Origin: an uncultured Pelagibacteraceae bacterium
GTDB lineage: Bacteria > Pseudomonadota > Alphaproteobacteria > Pelagibacterales > Pelagibacteraceae
DNA length: 64,000 nucleotides
Reading direction: 5' to 3'
NCBI GenBank assembly: GCA_902588855.1
Contig: CACIQS010000001.1
Location: 37,083-101,082 of the forward strand
In this document: one piece after another, positions 1 through 9,817 of the stretch
Layout of the letters: each line of letters begins with the position of its first letter
How positions within the stretch are numbered: position 1 is the first letter of the stretch
The notes under the pieces: model-generated
The model's input: only the letters and a program-made list of their open reading frames with translations
What the model was told of the DNA's origin: nothing
Databases searched by the model: none
Program-made: the position numbers and the translations under genes

Positions 1-482
1 TTTCATCAAAAGTAATCAAAGAAAAGCAACCAGATGCAATGATTGTTATGGCTGGCGCAGCAGGTATGTTTCCTGAAAATAAAAAATATTGGAAATCTGT
101 TTTACCAAAAATTAAGGATCATTTTGATATAGCAAATATTCATCACATTAGTGGTCCGGATGGACAATGTGATAAAGAACTTTGGGTAGATGAATTTGCT
201 GAATTATTAAAAAGTGTAGATGTAGATAAACCTATTTGGTTAACGGAAGCAATGACTTGTGGTCCCCCAGTGAAAGCTTGGGTAAATGCCTTTTTAAATG
301 GTGCTGAATTAATTATTGATGTTGGCATAAATGCTCCAGGAGCAAAAATGAGCAAGAAAAGTAGAAAAAAATTAAATGAATTTATTAATGAATATGATGG
401 TTTTACATCAATAAAAAGTATTTCAGAAAAAAAAGTAGAGTTCACTTATAAAGATGGGTCTTCAAAAACTTTAGAGTTTTAA
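1..482 (+). CDS. Glycoside hydrolase clan GH-A-like TIM-barrel protein, C-terminal part (truncated at the left edge)
   Basis: Frame is open from position 3 (SSKVIKEKQPDAMIVMAG...), so ATG 39 is internal. Motifs 'IKEKQPDAMIVMAG', 'FDIANIHH' and 'KPIWLTE' (nucleophile-type Glu) resemble GH5/GH39/GH128-like barrels. Confidence 0.55.
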   Translation, partial: SSKVIKEKQPDAMIVMAGAAGMFPENKKYWKSVLPKIKDHFDIANIHHISGPDGQCDKELWVDEFAELLKSVDVDKPIWLTEAMTCGPPVKAWVNAFLNGAELIIDVGINAPGAKMSKKSRKKLNEFINEYDGFTSIKSISEKKVEFTYKDGSSKTLEF

Positions 483-485
483 AAA

Positions 486-1490
486 ATGAAAAAAATTTTA
501 TCCATTTTAATAATATTATTGTTAGTACCATCAATTTCATTTGCAAATAAGTGGCATATAAAAATGAAGAAAAAAGAAAAAAAGAATTTTGCCCATTATG
601 TTCTTAAAGCACAGTCAGATAATAAAATGGTCTTTAATTTAAGAAATATTAAAAAACCAGATATTTATAAATTCTTTAATGAATATGAAGATTATTTAGG
701 AGTCAAAGAAAAAGGGATAGAATTTAATTTAAAATACTCATTTGAGGGACACGAAAAAGATTGGATAAGATGGGGTACACCAGGTCATGCACAGAGGTTC
801 CAAATAATGGAACCTTATAAAGAAACTACAAAAAAAAATAAGACTAAATGGTATAGACTTGGATATTTTGTACCAGCAGATATAAGAACAGATAAACATA
901 CGATCGGTTTATTTGATTTTAAAAAACTTTATGGTAAAGGTGAAAAAGCTCACGATGCATCATTTAATATAATTGATAACCGATTTTCATGGATCTTTAA
1001 CTCATCAAATTATTTGGCTATTAAAAATGAAACAGGGTCTGAATATTTCTATTTTGATCACTACATTGTTAATTTAGATCAAAATTTTGTAAGACTAAAG
1101 GGTAAGTGGGTAAATATTATAATAAATGCAAAATGGTCTGAACAAGGTTTTTTACATTTATGGATAGATGGAAAATTAATTTCAAGTTATTTTGGTGATA
1201 CATTAGGAGGTGCCTCAAGTGTGAGATTTAAGTTTGGACCTTATAGACATCATATGGACAATGCCACTAAAGAAGGTATAGAAATTCCTGATACCATTGT
1301 TAGATATTCAAATGTAGGTAAATCTGATAATTGTGAAGATTTATGGAGTGGTTGCTCAGAACTTATAAGCCAGTTATCAAATCAATCCCAAGTTAATGGT
1401 GCTCGTGCTGTAGTTTTGTGTACATCAACATCTTCACAATCTTCTTCTTGTAAAAATTTAGGCTATCCATCTAATCAAAGACCTTTTTGA
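486..1490 (+). CDS. Secreted polysaccharide lyase-like protein (heparin lyase I / PF14099-like jelly roll)
   Basis: Signal peptide MKKILSILIILLLVPSISFA; family-like motifs KWYRLGYFVP, GKWVNIIINAKWS..GFLHLWIDGKL and FKFGPYR. Confidence 0.6.
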   Translation: MKKILSILIILLLVPSISFANKWHIKMKKKEKKNFAHYVLKAQSDNKMVFNLRNIKKPDIYKFFNEYEDYLGVKEKGIEFNLKYSFEGHEKDWIRWGTPGHAQRFQIMEPYKETTKKNKTKWYRLGYFVPADIRTDKHTIGLFDFKKLYGKGEKAHDASFNIIDNRFSWIFNSSNYLAIKNETGSEYFYFDHYIVNLDQNFVRLKGKWVNIIINAKWSEQGFLHLWIDGKLISSYFGDTLGGASSVRFKFGPYRHHMDNATKEGIEIPDTIVRYSNVGKSDNCEDLWSGCSELISQLSNQSQVNGARAVVLCTSTSSQSSSCKNLGYPSNQRPF

Positions 1491-1712
1491 TTAACAGCAA
1501 CCGCAGCTTTTTTTTGTAGTTTTTGGTTTATCGTCAGCTTTTACAGCTTCTAATTCTTTTTGTTCATCTTCAATAGCTTTTTGTTGCTTTGAAATCTTAT
1601 CTTCAAAGTAATCATAAAGAGAGGCAAATCCTAACTTGGAGGCTCTTTTTTCCTCATAATTTCTTCGCCCTTTAAGGTTTTCAATGATTTTAACTATTTC
1701 TTGGTTCTGCAT
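1491..1712 (-). CDS. Small hypothetical protein (73 aa), coiled-coil-like, ending in KKSCGCC
   Basis: ATG-started ORF that exactly fills the gap between two genes; plausible charged-helix composition. Confidence 0.7.
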   Translation of the reverse strand: MQNQEIVKIIENLKGRRNYEEKRASKLGFASLYDYFEDKISKQQKAIEDEQKELEAVKADDKPKTTKKSCGCC

Positions 1713-1794
1713 ACTTTCTTTTTATTTAAAAAGGTAAATAATTCAACCTCTAAAATTGGCAAATTATAAACAGGTTTTTTTGTGTTAGGATGAT

Positions 1795-2607
1795 GTGATG
1801 AATATAAGTCAAAAAAAATTAGAAAAATCTAAGGGCAGATTAGAAATAAAAATAAAAGATCAAAATTTACAAAAACTTTATCAACAAGGATCTTCAAAAG
1901 CTTTGATGCCAGATTTTCATGAAAATTTAAAACAATTAATGCTTATCAATACTGCTGGTGGAATTACTTCTGGAGATGAATATGACTACGAATTTGAAAT
2001 TGATAGTTCGAAACTTTGTATTTCAACGCAAGCGGCAGAAAAAATTTATAGTGGTTTTGGTAATCCTGCTAATTTAGAAATTAACTTAAATTTATTAAAT
2101 AATTCCAGTCTATTTTGGTTACCTAAAGAATTAATTTTATTTAATAATTGTAATTTAAAAAGAAAAATAAATTTTAATTTATCAAAAGATTCAAATTTAC
2201 TTCTTTGTGAAAATATTATTTTTGGACGAACTTCTATGAATGAGGAGTTTAAAAAGGGATATTTTTCAGATTTTTGGAATATTAATGTTGATAATAAATT
2301 AATTCATACTGAAGCAATAAATACAGGTTTATTTGAAAAAAAATATTTGAATAGTTTTTCGACATTAAATTATAATTCTGCAGTTGCGACAATTATTATT
2401 GTAGGAAATAAATTTTTGAATAATGTGAATAATTTATCTGAAACTTTAACAAATAATGAAAATACAACTTCAAATTATTCTCACTGGGATAATAAATTGA
2501 TCGTAAGACTTTTGTCTAAAGATAGTTATAATCTTAAATTTGCAATTGATAAACTTTTGTCTTATTTTTTTGAACGTTCAAAAATACCAAAAATATGGAA
2601 CATATAA
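1795..2607 (+). CDS. ureD: Urease accessory protein UreD
   Basis: LINTAGGITSGD, STQAAEKIY, WLPKELILF and IFGRTSMNE motifs; first gene of the ure cluster (GTG 1795 or ATG 1798). Confidence 0.93.
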   Translation: MMNISQKKLEKSKGRLEIKIKDQNLQKLYQQGSSKALMPDFHENLKQLMLINTAGGITSGDEYDYEFEIDSSKLCISTQAAEKIYSGFGNPANLEINLNLLNNSSLFWLPKELILFNNCNLKRKINFNLSKDSNLLLCENIIFGRTSMNEEFKKGYFSDFWNINVDNKLIHTEAINTGLFEKKYLNSFSTLNYNSAVATIIIVGNKFLNNVNNLSETLTNNENTTSNYSHWDNKLIVRLLSKDSYNLKFAIDKLLSYFFERSKIPKIWNI

Positions 2608-2910
2608 ATGAAGCTCACTCCTAGAGAAAAAGATAAACTTTTAATAAGCCTTGCAGCAATTGTTGCAAAAAACAGATTATCAAAAGGAATTAAGTTGAAT
2701 TATCCAGAAGCTATCGCTTTAATAACAGATTTTGTTGTAGAGGGAGCTAGAGAGGGCAAAAGTGTTGCAGAATTGATGGAGGCAGGAGCTCATGTCATTA
2801 AAAAAAAGGATTGTATGAAAGGTATTCCAGATATGGTCAAGGAAGTTCAAGTAGAAGCTACTTTTCCTGATGGAACTAAATTAGTAACAGTACACAAACC
2901 TATTAGATGA
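2608..2910 (+). CDS. ureA: Urease gamma subunit
   Basis: [12 protein letters not shown]...LNYPEA...[20 protein letters not shown]; 100 aa. Confidence 0.99.
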   Translation: MKLTPREKDKLLISLAAIVAKNRLSKGIKLNYPEAIALITDFVVEGAREGKSVAELMEAGAHVIKKKDCMKGIPDMVKEVQVEATFPDGTKLVTVHKPIR

Positions 2911-2917
2911 TAATATT

Positions 2918-3223
2918 ATGAAGCCAGGTGAAGTAATTACAAAAAACGAGGAAATTAACCTAAATAAAGACTCTAAAGTTACAAAAGTTAAAATTTCTAA
3001 TTCTGGAGATAGACCCGTACAAGTTGGAAGCCATTATCATTTTTTTGAAACAAACAAGTATTTAGTTTTTGATAGGAAATTATCATATGGAAAAAGATTA
3101 AATATACCATCAGGAACTGCTGTTAGATTTGAACCAGGTCAATCTAAAGATGTTGAGCTTATAGAAATAAATGGATTAAAAAAAATATACGGGTTCAATA
3201 AGAAAGTAATGGGTAATTTATAG
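2918..3223 (+). CDS. ureB: Urease beta subunit
   Basis: [39 protein letters not shown]. Confidence 0.99.
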   Translation: MKPGEVITKNEEINLNKDSKVTKVKISNSGDRPVQVGSHYHFFETNKYLVFDRKLSYGKRLNIPSGTAVRFEPGQSKDVELIEINGLKKIYGFNKKVMGNL

Positions 3224-4929
3224 TGGCTAAAATTTCTAGAGCAGCTTATGCAGATATGTACGGGCCTACTACAGGAGACAAAGTTAGGCTCGCAGATACT
3301 GAACTATTTATTGAGGTTGAAAACGATCTAACCACTTATGGTGAAGAAGTAAAGTTTGGTGGTGGAAAAGTAATAAGAGATGGGATGGGCCAATCTCAAA
3401 TTAGTAGAGAAAAAGGAGCTGCTGATACAGTTATTACCAATGCTTTAATAGTTGATGTAAATGGAATTTATAAAGCCGATGTCGGCTTAAAAGATGGAAA
3501 AATATTTGAAATTGGTAAAGCTGGTAATCCTGACACTCAATCTAAAGTAAATATTATTATAGGTCCAGGAACAGAGATAATTGCTGGTGAAGGAAAAATT
3601 TTAACGGCTGGAGGTTTTGACAGCCATATTCATTATATATGTCCTCAACAAATTGATGATGCTTTACACTCAGGTATTACAACTATGTTAGGAGGAGGTA
3701 CTGGACCTGCTCATGGAACACTTGCAACAACATGTACACCTGGACCATGGCACATACAAAGAATGATACAATCTGCTGATGGTTTTTCTATGAATTTAGC
3801 TTTTGCTGGTAAAGGAAATTCTTCATTGCCGGAAGGTCTTGAAGAACAAATTCAAGCAGGAGCTTCAGCACTTAAACTACATGAGGATTGGGGTACAACT
3901 CCTGGAGCTATTGATAATTGTTTAAATATTGCTGACAAAAATGATGTACAGGTAATGATACATACAGACACTTTAAATGAAAGTGGGTTTGTAGAAAATA
4001 CTATCAAAGCAATAAATAAAAGAACCATTCATGCTTTTCACACAGAAGGTGCTGGCGGTGGACATGCACCAGATATTATTAAAGTTTGTGGAGAGGAGTA
4101 CGTTATTCCTTCTTCAACAAATCCGACCAGACCATACACAGTCAATACAATAGAAGAACATTTGGATATGCTAATGGTTTGTCACCATCTTGATAAATCT
4201 ATTCCAGAGGATGTAGCATTCGCTGAAAGTAGAATAAGAAGAGAAACAATTGCAGCGGAAGACATTCTTCATGACATGGGAGCTTTTTCAATTATTGCAT
4301 CAGATAGTCAGGCCATGGGTAGAGTTGGAGAAGTTATAATTAGAACTTGGCAAACTGCACATAAAATGAAAGTTCAAAGAGGAAGTTTACCTGAGGAAAA
4401 AGGGGATAATGATAATTTTAGAGTTAAGAGATATTTAGCGAAATATACAATTAATCCTGCAATCGCTCATGGGATTTCAAAATATATTGGTAGTATTGAA
4501 AAAAATAAACGTGCAGATTTAGTTTTATGGGACCCAGCATTCTTTGGTGCAAAGCCAGAGATGATTTTAATTGGTGGAAGTATAGCTTGTGCTCAAATGG
4601 GAGACCCAAATGCGTCAATTCCAACTCCACAACCAGTGTACACCAGACCAATGTTTTCATCATTTGGAACTTCTTTAGAGAAATCTTCAGTAATTTTCAC
4701 AAGCAAACTAGCTCTTGAAAAGAATTCATTAAAAGATGCAAGTATAAGAAAAGACTTGTTACCTGTAGAAAATACAAGAGCTATTTCTAAAAAAGATATG
4801 ATTTTAAATAACAAGTGTCCAAAGATTGAGGTTAATCCCGAGACTTATGAAGTAAAAGCTGATGGTGAAATAATTACTTGTGAACCAGCCAAAGAACTTC
4901 CTTTGGCACAAAGATATTTTATGTTTTAG
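3223..4929 (+). CDS. ureC: Urease alpha subunit
   Basis: Nickel-site motifs intact: [48 protein letters not shown]; ends [10 protein letters not shown]; GTG start. Confidence 0.99.
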   Translation: MAKISRAAYADMYGPTTGDKVRLADTELFIEVENDLTTYGEEVKFGGGKVIRDGMGQSQISREKGAADTVITNALIVDVNGIYKADVGLKDGKIFEIGKAGNPDTQSKVNIIIGPGTEIIAGEGKILTAGGFDSHIHYICPQQIDDALHSGITTMLGGGTGPAHGTLATTCTPGPWHIQRMIQSADGFSMNLAFAGKGNSSLPEGLEEQIQAGASALKLHEDWGTTPGAIDNCLNIADKNDVQVMIHTDTLNESGFVENTIKAINKRTIHAFHTEGAGGGHAPDIIKVCGEEYVIPSSTNPTRPYTVNTIEEHLDMLMVCHHLDKSIPEDVAFAESRIRRETIAAEDILHDMGAFSIIASDSQAMGRVGEVIIRTWQTAHKMKVQRGSLPEEKGDNDNFRVKRYLAKYTINPAIAHGISKYIGSIEKNKRADLVLWDPAFFGAKPEMILIGGSIACAQMGDPNASIPTPQPVYTRPMFSSFGTSLEKSSVIFTSKLALEKNSLKDASIRKDLLPVENTRAISKKDMILNNKCPKIEVNPETYEVKADGEIITCEPAKELPLAQRYFMF

Positions 4930-4932
4930 CTT

Positions 4933-5376
4933 ATGGATAATTGTTTTTTAATAGTAAATAAAATAGCCAAAAATAAAGCAAAAGATCACATATCTTTATC
5001 TTATGATGAGAGATTTTTAAGAAGAAAAAAACTTGTTTCAGATAATGGTTTTGAATTTTTAGTGAATTTACCAGAGACAAAATCTCTGTCAGAAAATCAA
5101 GCGTTTAGGCTTCAAAGTGGAAATTTGATTTTAATCAAAAACAAAAAAGAAAGTTTGCTTGAAATAAAAGGAAAAAATTTAATGCAATTAATTTGGCATA
5201 TTGGAAACAGGCATATGCCATGCCAAATTGAAAAAGATAGAATTTTTATTCAGTATGATGAAGTAATAAAAAAAATGATATTAAAATTAGGAGGAAAGGT
5301 TAAAAAAGTTTCAAGACCTTTTAAACCAGAGGGAGGAGCATATGGAATTGGTAGAACCCATAGCCATAGACACTAA
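4933..5376 (+). CDS. ureE: Urease accessory protein UreE (nickel chaperone)
   Basis: [29 protein letters not shown], short His tail THSHRH. Confidence 0.96.
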   Translation: MDNCFLIVNKIAKNKAKDHISLSYDERFLRRKKLVSDNGFEFLVNLPETKSLSENQAFRLQSGNLILIKNKKESLLEIKGKNLMQLIWHIGNRHMPCQIEKDRIFIQYDEVIKKMILKLGGKVKKVSRPFKPEGGAYGIGRTHSHRH

Positions 5377-6022
5377 AATAAAAGATAAAAAAGATTTAAA
5401 AGAAGCTTTACAAATTCTTCAAACTTGGTTTTCACCATCATTTCCTGTTGGAAGTTTTTCATATTCTCATGGTTTAGAGGCAATGATTAATGATAATTTT
5501 ATTAAGTCAAAAGAAGATATTTTGGATTATTTAAAATGTATCTTAAAATACGGAACAGGTAAAAATGATATCATTTTAATGAAACATGCTTATCAAGGAG
5601 AAGAGTTAAATGAACTGGCCTTATCTCTTTGTCCATCCAAAGAAAGAAAAATGGAGTCTATTGAAATGGGTAATGCTTTTAGAAAAGTGTTAGCTGATAG
5701 TTGGGATTTTAATATTCGAGAAAATACTGCTTACCCAATCGCAGTTGCTAGAGCAGCTAAACATTTTGATATACCGCTAAACTTAACAATAGTATCTTAT
5801 CTACAATCCTTTGTATCAAATCTAATAAATGTTTGCATTAAACATATACCAATTGGGCAAAAAATTGGTCAGGACTGTATAATTAAAACTTATGACTTAA
5901 TTAGAGAAATAGAAAAAGAAAGTAAAAATTTAAATTTAGAAGACTTAGGTGGAATTTGTTTTAATAGCGATATCTATAGTATCAAGCATGAAAATTTGAA
6001 AACGCGAATTTATAAGACATGA
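5342..6022 (+). CDS. ureF: Urease accessory protein UreF
   Basis: [28 protein letters not shown]-terminal [11 protein letters not shown]; Shine-Dalgarno GGAGGAG just before ATG 5342. Confidence 0.96.
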   Translation: MELVEPIAIDTKIKDKKDLKEALQILQTWFSPSFPVGSFSYSHGLEAMINDNFIKSKEDILDYLKCILKYGTGKNDIILMKHAYQGEELNELALSLCPSKERKMESIEMGNAFRKVLADSWDFNIRENTAYPIAVARAAKHFDIPLNLTIVSYLQSFVSNLINVCIKHIPIGQKIGQDCIIKTYDLIREIEKESKNLNLEDLGGICFNSDIYSIKHENLKTRIYKT

Positions 6023-6630
6023 AAAATATAAATGGACCATTAAAAGTTGGAATAGGTGGACCCGTTGGTGCAGGAAAGACAAGCTTAACAGCTGAATTGT
6101 GTAAATTTTTATCAAAGAAAATTTCTATGGCTGTAATATCAAACGATATTTATACAAAAGAGGATGCAGAATTTTTAATGAAAGTCCAAGCTTTACCTCT
6201 TGAGAGAATTAAAGGAGTTGAAACAGGAGGATGTCCACATACCGCAATTCGTGAAGATGCTTCAATTAATATGCTTGCTGTAGAAAATATGAAAAAAAAA
6301 TTTCCTGATCTTGATTTGATTTTAATCGAGTCTGGTGGAGATAATTTAGCAGCAACTTTTAGTCCTGAATTAGTTGATCTATCTATTTATGTTATTGATG
6401 TTGGTATGGGTGGAGATATCCCAAGAAAAGGCGGTCCTGCTATCCAAAAGTCAGATTTGTTAATTATTAATAAGACAGATTTAGCTCCTCATGTAGAAGT
6501 TAATCTTGAAACTATGAAAGAAGACGTAAAAAAGGCCCGAAATGGCTTACCCTATGTTTTTTGTCAGATGAAAAAGCAAATTGGCGTTGAAGATGTTGCA
6601 AAATTTTTATATTCATCAGGTGGTCTATAA
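6019..6630 (+). CDS. ureG: Urease accessory GTPase UreG
   Basis: [35 protein letters not shown]. Confidence 0.99.
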   Translation: MKNINGPLKVGIGGPVGAGKTSLTAELCKFLSKKISMAVISNDIYTKEDAEFLMKVQALPLERIKGVETGGCPHTAIREDASINMLAVENMKKKFPDLDLILIESGGDNLAATFSPELVDLSIYVIDVGMGGDIPRKGGPAIQKSDLLIINKTDLAPHVEVNLETMKEDVKKARNGLPYVFCQMKKQIGVEDVAKFLYSSGGL

Positions 6631-6657
6631 CAAATTTATATACAACAAAGTGTTTTT

Positions 6658-7569
6658 ATGAAAAAAATATTCTTATTAATACTTGGATTATTACTTTGTA
6701 CTAATTCTTTTGCTAAAACTAAATTTTCTGAAGTAAAAAAAGCTTTAAAAGAGGATGGATACGGAAAAGCTATTCCAGAAAAATTTCATCACTTGAATTC
6801 ACCTAAAGCCATTAATCCAGTATCTGTAAGTGATTTTTCAATAATTGGAGATAAGTCAATTAGATTTGAGTCAAATGATGGTGAATGTTGGAAAGAACCT
6901 AAATGGAATGATTGTACAAATGATCGAGAGAGAACAGAATTATATTATAAGAAAAAACCTTGGAAAAAAGAACGATGGTATAGATTTTATATTCATCTAC
7001 CTGAAGATTATAATTCAATTGCACCTGCAAAAATGTCTTTAATACAATGGAAAAGGCATAAGCCTTCAAAAGTTTTAGTAATGTTTCAGCATATGCATGG
7101 CGGATTAACTTTTAATAGAAATGGAGATTCGTTTAAGGACTCTTATGTTGTTTTAAAACGTAACGAAGAATTACTTGGAAATTGGACAGAGATTATTTTT
7201 AGTACAAATTGGCATCCTGATCCTGAAAAAGGTTTCATGAAAGTTTGGATAGATGGAAAACTAAAAGTAGATTTTAAAGGTGTATCAAATACTAAAAAAG
7301 GAAAAGAATTGAGTTTAAGATATGGATTATACTCTTCATCAATGTCTAGATATAAAAGAGTTTTTGAAACGGAAACTATGCCGCAAAGAGTTATTTTTTT
7401 TGATGGAGTCAAAGAAGAAAAAAGTTGTGAAAAATTAATTGATGAAACTAATTGTCAAAGTTTGAAATCTCAAACAATTAATGAATATGAATTTTTTATG
7501 TATGGAAAATACGATAAAAAATTGTACCCAAATTCAATAATGAAGTTTTCGAGTAACTTTTTAAAATAG
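6658..7569 (+). CDS. Secreted polysaccharide lyase-like protein (heparin lyase I / PF14099-like)
   Basis: Signal peptide; DRERTELY, ERWYRFYIHLPEDY, LIQWK, GNWTEIIFSTNW..GFMKVWIDGKL, LRYGLY, IFFDGV. Confidence 0.7.
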   Translation: MKKIFLLILGLLLCTNSFAKTKFSEVKKALKEDGYGKAIPEKFHHLNSPKAINPVSVSDFSIIGDKSIRFESNDGECWKEPKWNDCTNDRERTELYYKKKPWKKERWYRFYIHLPEDYNSIAPAKMSLIQWKRHKPSKVLVMFQHMHGGLTFNRNGDSFKDSYVVLKRNEELLGNWTEIIFSTNWHPDPEKGFMKVWIDGKLKVDFKGVSNTKKGKELSLRYGLYSSSMSRYKRVFETETMPQRVIFFDGVKEEKSCEKLIDETNCQSLKSQTINEYEFFMYGKYDKKLYPNSIMKFSSNFLK

Positions 7570-7581
7570 TATTTAAAAATG

Positions 7582-8859
7582 CTAAGCTCTAATCGTTGGT
7601 AAACAATAAAAATCAGCGGTATCAATTTTAGAAGAATACTGCCTTCTCATGTTCCATTTTTTATGAACCCCGGCACTTGCAACACTTAAAGTAGATCTTC
7701 CATATCGGTGATTAGTATTATCAATTGATCGCATTAAACTATTTATTTTTTCATCTTTTTCAGAAGTAAATAAATTTGTTTTATCACTAGCATTCGATAA
7801 TCCTGTCAGCATTACACCTGCTTTTTGATAACGATAACCATTTTTAAAAATACTTTCCAATATTGAAACTGCTGTTTTAACTGTTTCAATACTGTTGTTT
7901 GTTGCAATAGGAAAATCAACTGTCTTTGCATTTGAATAATAACCAAAGTTTCTTTGGAAAGGGCTAGTTCTAACAAACACTGTGATTGCTTTTGCAACCA
8001 AAGATTCTGATCTAATTTTTTCAGAGGCATTTAGACAATAATTTGCAACTGCTTCTTTTAATTCTTGGAACGTTTCAATTCTTTTTCCAAATGATCTTGA
8101 AACTACACAGCTCTTTCTTTTAGTAGTAGTTGTCTCTAAACCTATACAAGAAACTCCTCTGAGTTCCATTGCAGTTCTTGAACTTAGAACATTAGAAGAC
8201 TTTTTGATCCAGGTATTAGATTTATTTTTTAATTGTTTAGCATTGTAAATTCCATGCTTTTGATAAAACTTAGTTAATTGTCTTCCAACACCCCAGACAT
8301 CATTAATTTCAACTTTTTCTAAAATAGGATCTAAGTTTTCTATTCCAATTAAACTTGTCACCCCTGATTGTTTTTTCTTTGCAATATGATTTGCAACTTT
8401 ACTTAAAGTTTTCGTATTTGCAATTCCAATACTTGTTGGAATGCCTGTCCATTGTAAAACTGTTTCTCTAATTTCTTTTCCAACTTTTTCTACATCTTGA
8501 TCTTTAAAGTTTGATAAATCTAAAAACGCTTCATCAATTGAATAAACTTCTATTTCTGAATTAAATCTTTTAAGAGTTCGCATCACTCTTCTAGATAAAT
8601 CTCCGTACAAAGAATAATTAGATGAAAATACCTCAACTTTATTTTTAAGAATAATATCTTTTGCTTTAAAGTAGGGTTCGCCCATTTTAATACCCAAAGC
8701 TTTTGCTTCATTTGATCTTGAAATGATACAGCCGTCATTATTAGATAAAACGACAACAGGCTTTCTTCTTATTTTTGGGTTAAATAATCGCTCACAGGAA
8801 ACATAAAAAGAATTACAATCAATTAATGCTATTTTTTTAGTACGTTGAATGGATGACAT
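7582..8859 (-). CDS. umuC: Y-family DNA polymerase V catalytic subunit UmuC
   Basis: [37 protein letters not shown]-terminal WNMRRQYSS. Start placed at ATG 8859 (MSSIQRT) rather than 8898. Confidence 0.93.
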   Translation of the reverse strand: MSSIQRTKKIALIDCNSFYVSCERLFNPKIRRKPVVVLSNNDGCIISRSNEAKALGIKMGEPYFKAKDIILKNKVEVFSSNYSLYGDLSRRVMRTLKRFNSEIEVYSIDEAFLDLSNFKDQDVEKVGKEIRETVLQWTGIPTSIGIANTKTLSKVANHIAKKKQSGVTSLIGIENLDPILEKVEINDVWGVGRQLTKFYQKHGIYNAKQLKNKSNTWIKKSSNVLSSRTAMELRGVSCIGLETTTTKRKSCVVSRSFGKRIETFQELKEAVANYCLNASEKIRSESLVAKAITVFVRTSPFQRNFGYYSNAKTVDFPIATNNSIETVKTAVSILESIFKNGYRYQKAGVMLTGLSNASDKTNLFTSEKDEKINSLMRSIDNTNHRYGRSTLSVASAGVHKKWNMRRQYSSKIDTADFYCLPTIRA

Positions 8860-9232
8860 AAGTAACAACCCCCCAAATAAAAATATCTTGTTCTTCATTA
8901 ATTAAAATTCTGTCAGAAAACTCTTTAGATCCAGAAGTTAAAAATTTTTTATCTCTTTCTTGAACTAAAGTTTTAACCACAAGTTCGTCATGAACATTTG
9001 CAATCACCGTTGAAAAGTTTTTTGGTTTTAAACTTTTATCAACTACTAATAAGTCACCATCATTAATCCCAACATCGACCATGGATTTACCTTGAACCCT
9101 GATGATGAAAGTTGCTGGAACATTTCTTATTAAATGCATATTCAGATCAATATCTTCTTCAATGTAATCTGTTGCAGGAGAAGGAAATCCAGCACCTGCT
9201 TTATGTAGATAATAAGGGATTGTTAGTTTCAT
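8837..9232 (-). CDS. umuD: UmuD (S24 autopeptidase)
   Basis: AGFPSPA cleavage motif, RVQGKSM (catalytic Ser), VVKTL (Lys), [10 protein letters not shown]. Start placed at ATG 9232 because the promoter and LexA box lie directly upstream. Confidence 0.93.
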   Translation of the reverse strand: MKLTIPYYLHKAGAGFPSPATDYIEEDIDLNMHLIRNVPATFIIRVQGKSMVDVGINDGDLLVVDKSLKPKNFSTVIANVHDELVVKTLVQERDKKFLTSGSKEFSDRILINEEQDIFIWGVVTYVIHSTY

Positions 9233-9247
9233 GTTCTTGTTTTGTTC
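9233..9247 (-). promoter_or_regulatory. Alphaproteobacterial LexA (SOS) box, GAAC-N7-GAAC
   Basis: Minus strand reads GAACaaaacaaGAAC followed immediately by the umuD ATG; exact match to the alphaproteobacterial direct-repeat consensus. Confidence 0.88.
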
Positions 9248-9250
9248 TAA

Positions 9251-9279
9251 TTTATAGACCATTTATGAAATACACTCAA
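9251..9279 (-). promoter_or_regulatory. Sigma70-type promoter of umuDC
   Basis: Minus strand TTGAGT-17 nt-TATAAA, ending 3 nt before the LexA box. Confidence 0.7.
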
Positions 9280-9335
9280 GAGGTTGTATTTTGAGTCTGT
9301 AAATGAATCAAAAGTGAATCAAAACGTGAACATCC

Positions 9336-9382
9336 AATCCACATATTGTGGACTTGTGGATAACTTCAACCATAGATAGTTT
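9336..9382. promoter_or_regulatory. Tandem NrdR-like boxes (31-bp period) enclosing a perfect DnaA box
   Basis: aatCCACATATTGtgg (9336-9351) and caaCCATAGATAGttt (9367-9382); TGTGGATAA (reverse complement TTATCCACA) at 9355-9363. Confidence 0.55.
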
Positions 9383-9420
9383 AAGTTGATTATTTAAATA
9401 TATAAATTCTAAGTTTAATT

Positions 9421-9804
9421 ATGAATGTTTTAGATTTTGTAATGGTTGGTTCTGATGATCATCAAAAATCAGGTGATTTTTATGATGCAGTTTTTGAGCC
9501 TCTAAAATTAAAGAGAGTTTTGAAAACAGAAAAGTATCTTGGTTACGCTCATTCAAGTAATCCAGATAAAGTTCAATTTTATGTAACGCACCCTGTAAAT
9601 GGTGAACCTGCAACTTTTGGAAATGGAACACAAATAACTTTATTAGCAGACTCTAAAGAAGCAGTAGACAAATTTTACGAGGTTGCAATTTCAAAAGGAG
9701 CAACAGATGAAGGAGCACCTGGAGTTAGAAAAGATGGAAATTATTATGGATATATTCGTGACTTAGATCGAAATAAGATTGCAGCTAAAAGTATTTTAAA
9801 ATAA
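9421..9804 (+). CDS. VOC/glyoxalase family protein
   Basis: FYDAVFEPL, PVNGEPATFGNG, GATDEGAPGVR, YYGYIRDLDRNKI. Confidence 0.9.
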   Translation: MNVLDFVMVGSDDHQKSGDFYDAVFEPLKLKRVLKTEKYLGYAHSSNPDKVQFYVTHPVNGEPATFGNGTQITLLADSKEAVDKFYEVAISKGATDEGAPGVRKDGNYYGYIRDLDRNKIAAKSILK

Positions 9805-9817
9805 AAATAGGAGCTAT

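Noticed and set aside
1756-1775. TTGGCA upstream of ureD as a sigma54 -24 element
   Set aside because: No TTGC at the -12 position.
5342-5376. 35-nt ureE/ureF overlap as a frameshift or pseudogene
   Set aside because: Both proteins are complete and ureF has a strong SD (GGAGGAG) inside ureE.
9304-9331. TGAATCAAAA repeats as a CRISPR remnant or an extra LexA box
   Set aside because: Only two 10-bp copies with no spacers, and the half-sites are GAAT rather than GAAC; kept only as GANTC sites within the larger element.
1-9420. Prophage or ICE explanation for umuDC plus urease
   Set aside because: No integrase, transposase, phage genes, tRNA or att-like direct repeats were visible, and base composition looks like the rest of the window.
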